Assembly (NCBI GenBank): GCA_001938485.1
Contig: MQRK01196706.1
Span: 1-64,000, forward strand
Length of the DNA: 64,000 nt
Origin: Girardia tigrina
Lineage: Eukaryota
Reading direction: 5' to 3'
Position numbers and translations under genes: made by a program. Position 1 is the stretch's first letter. Every line of letters begins with the position of its first letter. This document shows, piece by piece, positions 1-13,780 of the stretch. Under the pieces are notes generated by a model. The model did not search any database, had not been told where the DNA came from, and saw only the letters and a list, made by a program, of their open reading frames with translations.

Positions 1-234
1 TCATTTATTTAATAATAATATTGATTTTATATTCCCTCATTATCCGAATTATTTCACAATCCGAAAGGAATTCGATTTTTAATTTTTCGGATTAATGAGG
101 GTTGACTGTATATGTATAAATATTTATTATGTATTTAAGTTATAAAATAGCTAATTAAATACTTTGAATAAAGTTGAAGAAAAATGTGTTTGGACACGTT
201 AAATGATGGCTTTAGTGAAATTATCAAATATATT

Positions 235-1825
235 CACTGGGGGAAATGATTTTGCCGACACTAACATTTTTCTAAAAAACATCAAAAATCAAAAAATTTC
301 TTTTCGATTTTTTAACAATATGTTTATTGACTATTTATACAAATATCGTAGAAAAAACTATTTTAAAAATATTTATAGTTTTGGATCATTTCTAGTTTTT
401 ATGATTTATTGCATGCTCAAAGTGGGAAATAATTTTACCGACACACATTTTTTTGGGCTTAAGAGTCACATTGTGTTCAATATTTGGGCCATTTGCCTTT
501 CGCATTATGTAATGCGATGATCTGACGTGGGAGACTGTCATTCAGGGATACGATTTTAACCTGGGGATTTTTTTACCATGCTTCCGTGATGGCCATCTTC
601 AGTTCGTCTTTGTTGTTGAATTGTCGACCTTCTTTGTAAAATTCTCGAGCTCAAATCGACCAGACGTTTTCAATAATGTTCCTATCTGGTGATTTTGCTG
701 GCAAAACGTCAAAAAGATTGATTCCACGGTTCCGAAAATCGGCCAAAGTTGATCAAGCCACATGGATTGGAGCGTTGTCTTGTTGAAATTTCCAGTCTAA
801 TCTGGCGCAATCGTAGCCATATGGCGGAAAATGACGGTCGACCATCTCCTGGTACTGTGTGGCGTTCATTCTGGTTTAAATAAATGACAGTGGCATCTTT
901 TTCAAGTACCCCATGGCACCCCATAACATCACAAAACCACCACCAGATTGGCGATTGCTGAGAATCTTTTCTTCGGTGCGTAAATCATGCCAATAATATG
1001 CAAATCCATCTGTACCGTCTAAATTGAACTTCTTTTCGTCGGTAAAAATGATTTGTCGCCATTCATTTATTCAATAGATGTGGTCTAGCGCAATTTTTTG
1101 CGTCCCTCAATATTGGCTTTTAACAACATTAGTATGCGCTTTATTTCCTTGTATTTTATTCATTTTTATTTACTATTCATAATTTGTCGAACACGACGAA
1201 CATCAATAGGAAAATTGTTTTCAACCTTTAATTGCCGAGCAAACTTGAAACTATTCTCTGCAGTTCGAATTAACAGTCGTTTTTACGCTGATGAAACAGT
1301 TGATGGCCGGCCGGTGTGCTTTTTTGCAATAGTCTTCATGATTTTTAAGAAAATTACCAACAACGTCTTTTCCGCTGTTGATTTCCTTTGCAATCTGACG
1401 GTTTGACATATTCGAGTAATCTTTAAATGTGGATATTTTCGCCATTTCGGCTTCCGTTATTCGTTTACCACGCGCCATTGTTAACCTAACGATTTTCAGA
1501 CGAGAAATGAGTCAAATCTAATGTGAAATTGCACAATGAGGTTCGAGAAGGCGTGTGTCAGTAAATCAAAACAACACAGATCATAAATATCGCAGTAACA
1601 CAGATTATTTTAAACAAAATGTAACTTGTCGGTAAATTTATTTCCAACTTTGAGCATGCAATAAATCATAAAAACTAGAAATGATCCAAAACTATAAATA
1701 TTTAATAAAATATATTTGCATAAATAGTCAATAAATATATTGTTAAAAAATTCGAAACAAAATTCTTTGATTTTTGATGTTTTTTTAGAAAAATGTTAGT
1801 GTCGGCAAAATTATTTCCCCAAGTA
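235..1825 (-). mobile_element. Tc3-like (Tc1/mariner) DNA transposon, decayed
   Basis: About 200-bp TIRs (cactgggggaaatgattttgccgacactaac / gttagtgtcggcaaaattatttccccaagta). Transposase MARGKRITEAE... and WRQIIFTDEKKFNLDGTDGFAYYWHDLR, with frameshifts. Adjacent to (TA)n. Confidence 0.9.
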
Positions 1826-1849
1826 TATATATATATATATATATTTAAA

Positions 1850-3130
1850 ATTACTACCAAATATTTAAAAATCGTATATCATTACATCTGACTATCAAAA
1901 TTCCATACTGCTACCCGACCGACTGTGCTCTGGAATCCAATTTCAGAGATAATGAGAAGTCTCAAATGAATGTGGCATTGCGTCCATTACAAGAAAATTG
2001 ATAGACAAGATTGGAGCACAAACTTAAAGGATTTGGAATTTTATTACTAAACATACTTTAAATTTTGTGACTTAAAAATTTACTATCAATTGAATTCAAA
2101 ATACAAGATTTAAAATTTTAAAACCATCTGAATAGAAAACAGTTAGAGTGCATCCACTCTTTTAAACTCCTGTAGGGTTGTATATCATATTTTCACTTGA
2201 ATTCGTTATTTATTAATTTATCTATTGTATCATTCGTTAATGTTTCAAGAAACGATTTGGAATAACCATTCATATACAAAATTTCATTTAATATATTTAT
2301 GCTAACATAAACTTTTAACATAAGTTGAAGAAATAGATCAAATCTAAATATAAAACATTTTATCATATTCCGATTATCCTTGTGTTCACATATGTTGTGT
2401 ATAACCCAGTATCTCCATTCATTCTATAAATATCTACCTCATAATGACTACCTTTCCTCTCAATTAACAATAAAATTATTCTTTTTCAACTTAAACGTGA
2501 AAACAATATTTTGACCTAAAAAAATCATATCTGTTAGAAAGGGCAACATATGATCACGGTATTTGAAGCTAAGAAAAATATCATCAACATACCGTTAAAG
2601 ACAAAAGGTTTAACACCTATAAACAAGTCAATTTTATTTCAAATTTTCGAAATAAATAGAAGCAAGTGTAAGTGTTTATGGAGAACCTATCTTGTGCGGC
2701 ATTATTGATAAAATCCATTTATCCATCAATTAATAATCAAACCACTATCTTTTCCAGTTTGTTGAATGTTTTTTGGATAAGTTGATTGTGCTTTCACCAT
2801 ATATATATAGTATTAGTACAATTGTTGAATATTTTACTGAATTTCAGTGAAAAATCCACTTAAATAGAAGTGACATTCTAAAAGTTTGTGAAAAAAGTTA
2901 AATTACTGTGGCTGCATATGTATTAGGTACAATTACCTGCTGTCTCATTATCCTTTGGGAAGTCGACAACAGGTTAAAAAAGCGATAGCAGAAAATAGAG
3001 ATTAATATAGATTTCGCGAGTTTTCATATTTTATCTGTAAATCAATGTAGGGGAGACCCTTACAATTTGTAGAATATTTTGTCCGGAAAACGCAAAAATC
3101 ATAAACACTCAAATATAATACAACATACAA
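1850..3130 (-). mobile_element. Penelope-like element remnant (RT plus GIY-YIG), heavily decayed
   Basis: Minus-strand pieces in PLE order: L*GLP (about 3060), IGSP...LASIYF, RYVDDIF (about 2590), YMNGY (about 2270), NLVYQFSCNG..FI*ET (about 1980). Confidence 0.75.
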
Positions 3131-3659
3131 TAAATAGACTGAGAAAATATTTTTCAAAATACTTGTAAACTATTATTTTAGATTAAATTAAAAATCGAAT
3201 AAAATATATTATTTTTAATTTTGAGGTTATTTAAAAATAATCAGAATTTAAAAATTGAAAGATTATTTAAAAAATAAATATCGGCAAATTGATAATTAAA
3301 AGGAATATGAAAAGTTGTTTGTAATAAAAATTATTTAATTGTGCCACTTTTGCTGATAATACTAACGCAACTAACAATGTGATTATAAGTTAGTTTTAAA
3401 CTTATCGTATTTTAAATCAAATTTTTAAAATTGATGACTGAAAAGTTTAGAAACACTGTAAAAAAGGAATTGATAAAATATACATAGAGTTATGTAAGGT
3501 TTTACTAAACATAGGGGAAGTGTTTGGCATGTTAAAATGTTATATGATCGTCTATATTATTATACTGTTGATAATATGATCACATTCTCAAGACTTTTAT
3601 AGACATAATAGTATTCCTAATATTTAATGCGATAAATGATGCGTGAACTTTCCTATATA

Positions 3660-4826
3660 TTATGTTGGTCGAAAAATAATGGCGGTTTTGGGACACAAAC
3701 TTCAAAGACGTGCAAATTCACAGAAACAAAAGTTTATTAATCAAAGTATGAACCGTTGGCATCAATATATTTTTGCCAACGANNNNNNNNNNNNNNNNNN
3801 NNNNNNNNNNNNNNNNNNNNNNNNNNNNNNNNNNNNNNNNNNNNNNNNNNNNNNNNNNNNNNNNNNNNNNNNNNNNNNNNNNNNNNNNNNNNNNNNNNNN
3901 NNNNNNNNNNNNNNNNNNNNNNNNNNNNNNNNNNNNNNNNNNNNNNNNNNNNNNNNNNNNNNNNNNNNNNNNNNNNNNNNNNNNNNNNNNNNNNNNNNNN
4001 NNNNNNNNNNNNNNNNNNNNNNNNNNNNNNNNNNNNNNNNNNNNNNNNNNNNNNNNNNNNNNNNNNNNNNNNNNNNNNNNNNNNNNNNNNNNNNNNNNNN
4101 NNNNNNNNNNNNNNNNNNNNNNNNNNNNNNNNNNNNNNNNNNNNNNNNNNNNNNNNNNNNNNNNNNNNNNNNNNNNNNNNNNNNNNNNNNNNNNNNNNNN
4201 NNNNNNNNNNNNNNNNNNNNNNNNNNNNNNNNNNNNNNNNNNNNNNNNNNNNNNNNNNNNNNNNNNNNNNNNNNNNNNNNNNNNNNNNNNNNNNNNNNNN
4301 NNNNNNNNNNNNNNNNNNNNNNNNNNNNNNNNNNNNNNNNNNNNNNNNNNNNNNNNNNNNNNNNNNNNNNNNNNNNNNNNNNNNNNNNNNNNNNNNNNNN
4401 NNNNNNNNNNNNNNNNNNNNNNNNNNNNNNNNNNNNNNNNNNNNNNNNNNNNNNNNNNNNNNNNNNNNNNNNNNNNNNNNNNNNNNNNNNNNNNNNNNNN
4501 NNNNNNNNNNNNNNNNNNNNNNNNNNNNNNNNNNNNNNNNNNNNNNNNNNNNNNNNNNNNNNNNNNNNNNNNNNNNNNNNNNNNNNNNNNNNNNNNNNNN
4601 NNNNNNNNNNNNNNNNNNNNNNNNNNNNNNNNNNNNNNNNNNNNNNNNNNNNNNNNNNNNNNNNNNNNNNNNNNNNNNNNNNNNNNNNNNNNNNNNNNNN
4701 NNNNNNNNNNNNNNNNTAAGATTTCAAATAATATCTAACACTAATGCATTTAAACTTATATACATATCAAAGTAGATAAACAAAGTATAAAGCTCAAAAA
4801 CCGCCATTATTTTTCGACCAACCTAA
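3660..4826 (-). mobile_element. mariner element (interior is an N gap), same family as 20892-22106
   Basis: TIRs tt(a)gttggtcgaaaaataatggcggtttt and its reverse complement, TA flanks. Ends match the 20892 copy in inverted orientation. Confidence 0.9.
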
Positions 4827-6319
4827 TATGATTTTATATAACAATTTTTTGTTCATGAAATCTGTTAATTTCTATGTATATTTGTCATCCTTCATGAGTT
4901 TCGAAAGACATCAAAATCAATGTTTTTATTTTTAGCGGTTGTCGTCTGGTATAAATGGAATAGCGCTGTCTATGGTCTGGGTCTTAATTTCTCAAAACAG
5001 GGTCTCAAACTGCAGATAAGGACAATGTAAGGGTAAGTAAAATTTGATACCTATTAGTCACTTCTGTCCTAAAATATTTTGCTGCCAAAAGTCAAAAAAG
5101 GTCCGTCAGACCCAGGACAAAAAGTTAATAATTTTACTTTATAGACTCACAGAAACTACTCAAAGATGAACTGAAACTTCAGCTTTCTTTTTGAAGAAAA
5201 TAGCATTTAAGTATTTTCTATAAAAGTTTAATTTAAGAAAAATACATCGTACACGAAGTCCATTATATTGCGTTTTACACCGTAAAATAATATCATAATC
5301 CTGTAATTATTTTAGTATATGATAATTAAAAAAAAATGTTTCATAGTAATATAATTCTCTGATGAGAATAATATTAAACCGAATTAATATTTTAATATTA
5401 ACCTTTTCGAAGAGGAAAAAAATACGTTTTTAATCTCATTTAAACACAAAATATATATTTATGCGAATATATAATGAAAATATTTTTTACAACTTTCGAT
5501 AAAATAGAGAAAATAATTTAGAATTTTCCCCAAGGTACAAGAGAATATTAACTGTTTTATTTTAATTATGACAGTCTAAAATAAAAAAAATAGCTAAATC
5601 TAAACTATTTAAGCAGACTCAAAAAATATTTCAGTTAGAAATTATATTGTTGTAGAAAAGGATTTAATGATATTTAACTTGGTCTAAATATCACTTTCTA
5701 CACAATTATAAAATAAAATATTGCAATTGTTATAGCATATTATAAATATATAATGTTCATCAATATTTTAACAGAAGGAAAAGACGAAGAATAAATTGCA
5801 GGTCACAGTAACAAATATTAGCCCGTAGACATTATCAACTCAAAACAGTTTATTATATACAAAGATTGGTTGATAAATAATGTTTCTAATAGACATAAAT
5901 TGAGTGGTCGATTGATAGATTCGATGTCTTGGTATTATTGGTAAAATAAACTGATGATATTCTGAACTGATCGGAATAAATTTACGGAATTATGATAACT
6001 CGATGACAATTTTTATTATTTTTATCATTTATTGTGTTTTTCACCATTTATTTTTAACCAAACGTTTTAAAATGTCGTTAACAATAACACATTAATAAAA
6101 TAAATAAATACCATAATAAAAAAGTAATTAAAATAAATATTTTTGAAGATGATGATATTGATGAAAATTCTGTCAAAATTGAATATGAATCTTTAAGTGA
6201 TTCATAAAAAATATTCTTTTTTGTATTTCTTTATTTGTTTTTCTTAGTGTATTAATATATAATATAAAATGTATTATATATAATATAATATATATTATAT
6301 ATTATATAACTATTAATGA

Positions 6320-6975
6320 AATCCGAGCCCGTGCCCATAACCATGTCCGGGCTGTTGCCAGTAAAATCGGCCCATATCCGTACTGGCCGCACCATAGGGA
6401 ATATTTAATTTTGAATTTATGATGACACTATCTTAAATCTAATAGGCTGAATTAGTCGAAATCCCTTTATCTAGTTCTTCTATTTCTTCTACACTAATGG
6501 TTTTTATGTACAAATTTATTCAGAATGTATATCCATTTCAAATTGTGCATCCTTCAGTGACATGAGCTGTTAGCTATACAATGGGATTTAAAGTGAATAT
6601 TCTTTTAAGAAAATCAAATATCAATTTATGGAATTTATTTGAAAAAACAAATGTAGAAAATATGTCTCTGAAACGCTGCTTATATCATTGTGAAGGTATT
6701 GTATGGAAAACTCAGGTCTATGAACTTTCTTCCAAATGTAGAATGAGAAATGCAAACATTTGTTTTACTAAAAACACTGTTCGCTTCTTTAGGCATTTTA
6801 ATATACAATTTTTTGCTGTCTGTAGTAAACCGATTCTTATTGTTAAGAAAACACACACATATGCTACAACATTTATTACATTTACAATTTGGGTCATCTC
6901 TATGACAATATGTAATAATGCCTTCGCTCATATTCATCAAACAATGTATAATACTTCTCACTTCAAAATTTGAAC
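6320..6975 (-). mobile_element. Possible hAT transposase relic with GC-rich subterminal segment
   Basis: FTTDS and SHCIANS resemble the hAT TTD and CxAH motifs. GC-rich terminal-like patch at 6322-6397. Confidence 0.35.
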
Positions 6976-6983
6976 TAATTTGA

Positions 6984-7024
<41 letters not shown>

Positions 7025-7027
<3 letters not shown>

Positions 7028-7310
7028 TAATACAAATGCTATTGGTTAAAATAAAATTACTTTTTATTTTCCTTTAAAAACATTATTTGATTAAATAACT
7101 TAAAAATATACAAAAATAAAATTAATAAAACTATTTAAAATTTACAATAATAATAAAATAAAAATTTGAATATTAAATCTAAATTTGAATAAATTAGTTT
7201 CAGATAATAATAATTAAAATATTAGTCATCCATGTGATTAGGAGACACACGATACCAAATCAACACACAACATTTAAACACACAACGTCAACATTCTAAG
7301 TATTCGTCAC
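7025..7310 (-). repeat. Diverged partial solo LTR (family A)
   Basis: Reverse complement starts TGTGACGAATA and contains ctcctaatcacatgga, resembling the family motif ctcctactcagatgga. Left boundary is uncertain. Confidence 0.5.
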
Positions 7311-8215
7311 ACCTATCTCGACGACAGAGTGCTTTAACAATTTGTTTCAACCGTTATGCAGTAATTATATCAAATAAAATTTGAATATTATAATTAAATA
7401 AATTTAGCAAAGTCTTTTTATGTGTAAATATACTTTCCATATGCAATATTTCAGTAAAATAAAAACATTCCCCCTTTAAGAAACATTATTTCTTCCCGTT
7501 AAGGACTTTAATATTAAACAAAATATTATCAAAAATAGTTAGGCCAACAAAAATGGCTACCAGCGATGTTTTTTTTCACATTTAAAAAATTTATAAAGAA
7601 TGAAACATGTTTTAAGATTTAGATATTGTTTCCCATTTATCAAATTTGTTAAATAAATACTTTTTTCAATTAAGGAAAATTTTATTAAAATGAATTAAAA
7701 ACTTTTTTTAATATATTAAATTAGAAAGTATGTCATTTCGATATTTAAAAAAATATTATGAAATTGTATAATTCGTTATCCGAAACAATACGAAGAAGTA
7801 AGTTGTTGTAAAACATTGTAAGAGTTATTTATACAATTATGAAAGTTAAAGTTTTGATAAACAAATAAAATAATTAGTTCAGTAATTAAAATTTATTATA
7901 TAAAAAATTATTTTTTATCATTGAAAGTATCACAAAATTAACATTGAGAATGAAACTGAGTACAAAAATGTTTGTCTGAATTTAGACTCCAAGCCAGTGA
8001 AGAATACACCAGGTGCTACTGTAATCTATGTAGCACGAGTTCCAATACTTTTCTTTTATATAAATGTATTTCTTAAAATATAATGTTGTGGGGGAATCCG
8101 TACATCGAATTGCGATAATACCATCTGGGAAGGATCACAGTTTAATTAAAATAAAACATTTACCTTGCTATAATATTTTATGCAATATTTTAATTTTAAA
8201 AACCAGAATTTAATA

Positions 8216-9350
8216 TTAGGTATGAAATTTGTAGGCATGATTACGATAAATTCAAATAGTTATCATTTGACAATGACTTAACATTTTGTTGCTCAGTTTT
8301 TAGTTAGATTGCTACATATCTTGGTCAATGAACACATCAATAAAATTAATTGAAATTATGAATAACTTGTTTAAAATCAGCATTTTAAAAAATTCTAAAG
8401 GCAGAAATTTGAACTATTATCAAGTAAGAGTTTCTACGTGGAACCTCAGCATCAGAAACCATGCAAAACATCAATAATGTATTCGGATACAATTTTACTA
8501 TGCAGAAGACAGTCTCAAATTGATCCAGGAAATTTGGGTAAGGTAAATTTAACCTTGATTATGAGTCTCATGGTTTCTAACTGAAGGTAACAATGGAGTC
8601 CGATTCATCCTTAAATAGTCATGATTTATTTCAAATATTTTCTGTTACAGATCAAACAATATTCAAGCACTTAGCTAAAATTGGTAAAGTGAAAAAAATG
8701 TATAAGTAGATACCAAATGAGTCGAACGAAAAGTATGAAAAAGGCATTTGAATGCTTCGTTAATAAGTCTTACTTGTTATAAATGTAATCACTTTTGGAA
8801 TCCAATCTTATTTGTAATGAAAATTTGATCCAATATGATAATCAAAAACTTTCGCAAGCTTTATGGATACTAAAGAAGCACCAAAACACATTTCAGCTAG
8901 ACATTCATTAAAAGAATTTGATGGTGAATATTTGGTGGTCTGCAGCAAGCATAATCCATTATGACTTCATAAAACCTGGTTTGTCAATCACAGAAATTGT
9001 CTACTGCAACCCATTGGAAGATATGATGCTGAAACTCAAAGAAAACAAGCCGTGTTTGATAGACAGATCTACTCTTGTCTTTCTCAACGACAATGCACTT
9101 AATACCGTTACAAAACTACAGGAACTTGAGTTAAGAATTTTGAATCAACCTCCATACTCACCAGACCTAGCGTTAACTTACGACTATTTCTTCCTCAATT
9201 TGAAAAAAATTTTGATAAAAAAAAACTTAATTTCGAGGAATCCGTAAAAATGGCCTTTCAAGAATTTTTTTATACAAATGGCCTTTGTAGTATGCATTTT
9301 ATGAATTAATGTACAAGTAAAACTATATTTGGTTCCTATTTCTAATTATA
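8216..9350 (+). mobile_element. Decayed mariner
   Basis: MVNIWWS...IIHYDF, LNDNA, QPPYSPDLALTYDYFF. TIR-like start ttagg. Many stops. Confidence 0.8.
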
Positions 9351-10062
9351 GGAAATGAACTGTAGAAGAGGTACATCTTATCCCTCGAATCATGAGATTT
9401 GTGCTACAAAGTTTCGATTAGATAAAGAAATAAAAATAAATAAATAAATATATTTTAACTTCACACAAAGTAAATAAATGAAATAATAAACAGAAATAAT
9501 TAGAATTAATTTGACTCAAGAGGGTCTTAAAATTTTATTTGTGTCAGTTGTATTTTTAGAGTCTGAAACTATTTTATTTATATTTCAATTATAAATATTA
9601 AACAAAATAAATTTATAAAATTCGAAAATTCTGCCAAAATATTTTTGAATTATTTTATTTTATTTGTAAAAAAAATAATTAATTAATCCATTTTTTTTCG
9701 TTTGTATAATTTCCAAAATTACAGTTTGAAATGAAATGCTAATTTTATTTTGATTAAAATTATTTTTCATTTTGATTTTCGTACAACAATTTTGATGAGA
9801 ATTTATCGTTTCAGCAAAAGTTTGGAGATAAATAAATATTAATTAATTTTTAGTTAAAAATAATTCCAGTCGTACATTAAGATAATTTGTCAAATCAAGA
9901 GAAAAGTTAATTGTACATCTTTATTAATAATTATTTTATATTTATTTTATTAAAACATATTCTATTTGAACTGTGAAATTATGTTTGAGATATTATATAA
10001 ACGACGCTTTTCAATATTGTTCGGTTCGAGATCAGAAATTGAAGATATAACACCAAAATCTT

Positions 10063-10485
10063 TATTAACAACATCACAATTTGAATGTAAACATTTATTT
10101 ACAACACAAACAGATTCTTCACAACAATTTTCAGTGGTCATCTTTCTTTGATTAAATATTTAAATATGAAAAAAAACAATAAATGATAAATTTTAATATT
10201 ACATTTTAATTCCTCATAATTTTATTGGATAAAAAGATATTATGCAATTTTTTAAATAAACATTCATTTTTAAAATATATTAAATTTAATAAGTTAAAAT
10301 CGTTTACTGAAAATATTATTAAAATTCATAATTATCAAACTTTAATTAATTAGTACTTAAAATTAATATCATTAAATTAATTTCATTGGATTCAATCAAC
10401 ATATCAATCCCATCTGAGTAGGAGAGTCACAAATCAAAACAGCATACAATCAACAAACTTACAACATTCCAAATAATCCCTCACG
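10063..10485 (-). mobile_element. Solo LTR, family A (subfamily A2)
   Basis: Perfect 5-bp TSD ATCTT (10058-62 and 10486-90). High identity to 40247-40688. Confidence 0.8.
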
Positions 10486-11222
10486 ATCTTATTAATCAAA
10501 CACAATATATTTCGAATAAATTTTCGAGGAACAATTTTTCTTTTATACATAAAGACAATGAAATATAAATAGTATTATTTCCTTTTTTGGAATTCACAAA
10601 ATTTGTTTTATAACATTTCTTTTATTAAAATTTAATTCTTTCGAGATTTTGTTAAAATTCTTTTCTTTTAAATTCACTTTATAAAAAGTCTTCATTTCCG
10701 AAAAATTTTAATTATTAAGTTCCTATTTTAATCTTTAAACATAATTTTTTAAAAATCTTAAACTAAGCTTTTCTATTTAATATTCTCATAAAATTTGCAT
10801 TTTTTTTATTAATGTTTACATAATAAAATTCTCATTTTAGATTTTAATGTAAAATATTTTAAAGCCAAAAATTTTCTAATATTTTTAATTAATAAAATAT
10901 TTTTTCACTCTAAAATTTCTTCTGCTATAATTTATATTTAATGAATGAAATATTTTTAAATATTTGAAAATTTTCTTGATATATTTTAAATATTAAAATT
11001 CAAAAATTTAAACGAGCTTGCCAAAATTCTAACAGATGTAATAAATATGATTTAATTAATTAAAACAGAATGGATAAATAATCCATATTTATTTAGTTAA
11101 AGATTATCAGTATTGAAGACAATTTACTTGACCTCTTTTGAATATCAATAACTGAGAGAGTGTACTATTTAAAATTGAAAACCCATCTTGGGAAGTAGAT
11201 GACGTTTTTCTAACGAAGCACA

Positions 11223-11444
11223 GTCAATGGTCAAGAACCTGCAGACGCGTGATCGATCTCATCGCAATGATCCAAGGTTTCTAATCATGGTGAGGGGTAT
11301 TGTGAAGCCGGTTCGCCGGTGGAGCTTAGGCATGTAAATCCCTACATAGGGGAGTGCCCTTTGAAGCCATAAGAGTCTCACACCTCCTAAAAAGCTTCAG
11401 GCTTAATACCTTATAGGATGAGAGGATCACTCGATGGTATTGAT
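11223..11444 (+). other. GC-rich element with 5S rRNA-like ends (possible 5S-derived SINE or expanded 5S pseudogene)
   Basis: 5' gtcaatggtc...acgcg..cgatctcatc and 3' ttaatacctt...tcgatggtattgat resemble the two 5S halves. The termini can pair. About 110 nt of extra internal sequence. Confidence 0.35.
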
Positions 11445-11539
11445 TATGAATGCTCACTAATTTAGTTTTAAAATGACGATTTACTATTATATATGATGTG
11501 GCATGAAAATATCAAAATGTTCATGAACCAAAAATAACA

Positions 11540-12860
11540 ACTTTAAACTTTTCGGTACTTTTGAAAATAAAGTTGGATGAATCAAAAGAGTTTCAAAAAC
11601 TTAATTAGCAGTGCTTCAATAATTATAATCAAAGTTACTGATTAAAACCCGAAAATCACTGTCATTTTCGTTCTTACAATTTCCAAAAGACTTCAACACA
11701 TTAAGCTATTACTACTTAATTGAGTATACCTATTTGTCTCTCCAATGTACAGTAATCACACGTTTGACATTTATATTAATAAACTGGGTCAGCTTTCATA
11801 CCAAATAGTGTGATAATTTTATTAGAAAAATAATTGGACATTTTACTAGTTGCAAATAACATTTTAATTTAAACTCCTACTCGAGCGTGTTTCTCTAGAA
11901 CACGTTTTAACTCTTTTAAACCTTCAGAAAACGGAAATTTTAAAAGTATTTTTTCTGTATATCTCCATTCCTTTGTTACATTCATTATACGGTTTAAATA
12001 AATTGACTTAATAGTATTTTTAATGAGGTTTGTGAGGAATATTTTAAATTGTTTGAATGTGTGCATATATGGATGCTGTATGTTGATTTAAGTATGTTGA
12101 ATTTAGAATGGTGATTCTCCCACCCAGATGGAAATTGGTATTTTTTATTTAAATTTAAAGTGATTGACTATTCGAACATAATTAAAATAATCATTTGATA
12201 AGTCATATTTGTAATTTCACAATTAATATTAAGTTTAATATTTTTTTAGTAAAATTTGAATTAAATGCATTTTTAATAATTTGATGACATTTTTATTATT
12301 TTAAGATTTATTGAGAAATGGTAAAACTTATTATTTTTTAATTAATATTTTTAGAGTTTAAATATTTTTAAAGGTAATTTAGAAAAATTGTTCGAATAAT
12401 TATGATTAAAAACAGAAATAAGAAAAACAATTAGAAGGATGACAAACGATGAAAGACTTTCTGAGAGTCATAATGACTTCAAATGTGATTGTAATAAACA
12501 TTCAAACGAGACTTGTTTAAATGTTCTTAATAAGGTTATTTAAAAGCTGTTTATTTTAACCATTATTACACAGTCTATTGTGAAGAATACCAATTTCATT
12601 ATAAAAAAAATAAAAGAAAAGTTAATCTCCATACTCTATGAACTCAACCCTTGATCATATTCACATTATATTTTCTGACACAAAAAACGATAAAGCGTAC
12701 TGCTTTATAAACGATGGAACAAAAGAAGGGAAAGATATAACAAAAACACTTTTAAAATTTCCGTTTTTCCATAAAGGGCAAAATATGTTTTCTAAATTTA
12801 AAAAATTATAAATGGTCTTATTCTCTTTTATTATTAGTGCTGACATTAATTTATCGAGAT
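11540..12860 (-). mobile_element. Penelope-like remnant (RT thumb plus GIY-YIG) interrupted by a solo LTR
   Basis: SFPSFVPSFIK, then LCNNG*NKQLLNN|LIKNTI reading across the LTR, then KFPFSEG, VY*YKCQTC..YIGETNR and IEALLIK. Confidence 0.75.
12031..12532 (+). mobile_element. Solo LTR, family A (subfamily A1)
   Basis: TGTGAGG...TGTTCTTAATA with perfect TSD AGGTT (12026-30 and 12533-37). Homologous to 23791, 36137 and 37274. Confidence 0.82.
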
Positions 12861-13609
12861 GGTAAATATAAAAATGCAATTATTTATCAATCAATTTTAA
12901 TTAATTAATTTTTTTATTACAATAACATTTTTGATATTTTATTTAAATTAATCTGTAAATAAAATTATTGCTAATTGTTAGGGATTTTTAGGTAATATTT
13001 CTAAAATTTTTGAAATAATAATGGAATTAAAAGTATAATTTTAAATTTAAAAAAAATCAAGAACTAAATAAAGGTTATGTTAAGCATGATAAAATTTCGT
13101 ATATTTAATTAAAGGAAATGAAATTATTTAATCGTTCGAAATTAACAAAAAGTAAAATGAATTATTAATACTATATTTATTTTTATTATACCGGTTTGAG
13201 ATTTATGAAATAAATTTTTTCAAAAAATTAAAAAAAATAAATGAATTTAATTTCGATTAAATTTGCTTAAATAAAAAGTATGGGACATTTTTTTGTGGAT
13301 TAATAAAATTTGACTACTGATGTTGACTTTTAATATCGACAAGATAGAAGATGTTCCGAAAACATCTAACACTAATACTTAAGTAACAAAACTTAAAACA
13401 TGTCTTATGTATATATTTTGAAAAAATTCTTTGATAAAATTATTTATTTATAATGTTAAATCAGCTTTCATACAACTCTCCTTCTCTCTCCCTATATATA
13501 AACGTTTATTAAAATGTTAAAAAATAACAAATTATTTAAAAATAAAAAATCTAATATAATAATTAGATTTTAATTTAACTTTTCATGATAATAATATAAA
13601 TTTTCTTAA

Positions 13610-13780
13610 AAAATTTGGGGGTTGATTAACTAGAGATTCCAGGACGAGTAAATCCTTTATTTAATATTCTCAAACAAAGATACTTCATCTTGAACCTCTG
13701 ATCGAATCATATGAAAAATACTTCCCAACTTAAATATTACTCCAGATGTTATTCCTTTTCCAAAATTCGTAAAAAATATC
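13610..13780 (-). mobile_element. Possible PLE GIY-YIG C-terminal fragment
   Basis: GITSG...SEV...KDLLVLESLVNQP resembles the endonuclease C-terminus. Confidence 0.3.

Noticed and set aside
3643-4775. Long ORFs of 321-358 aa
   Set aside because: Artefacts of the N gap 3783-4716 inside a mariner. The same applies to ORFs crossing the gaps near 20976, 22464 and 23187.
5352-5400. ctgatgag...ccgaatt hammerhead-like motif
   Set aside because: No convincing stem II and GAAA is not intact.
7940-8165. Moderately GC-rich exon-like patch
   Set aside because: No recognisable protein in any frame and no partner exons.
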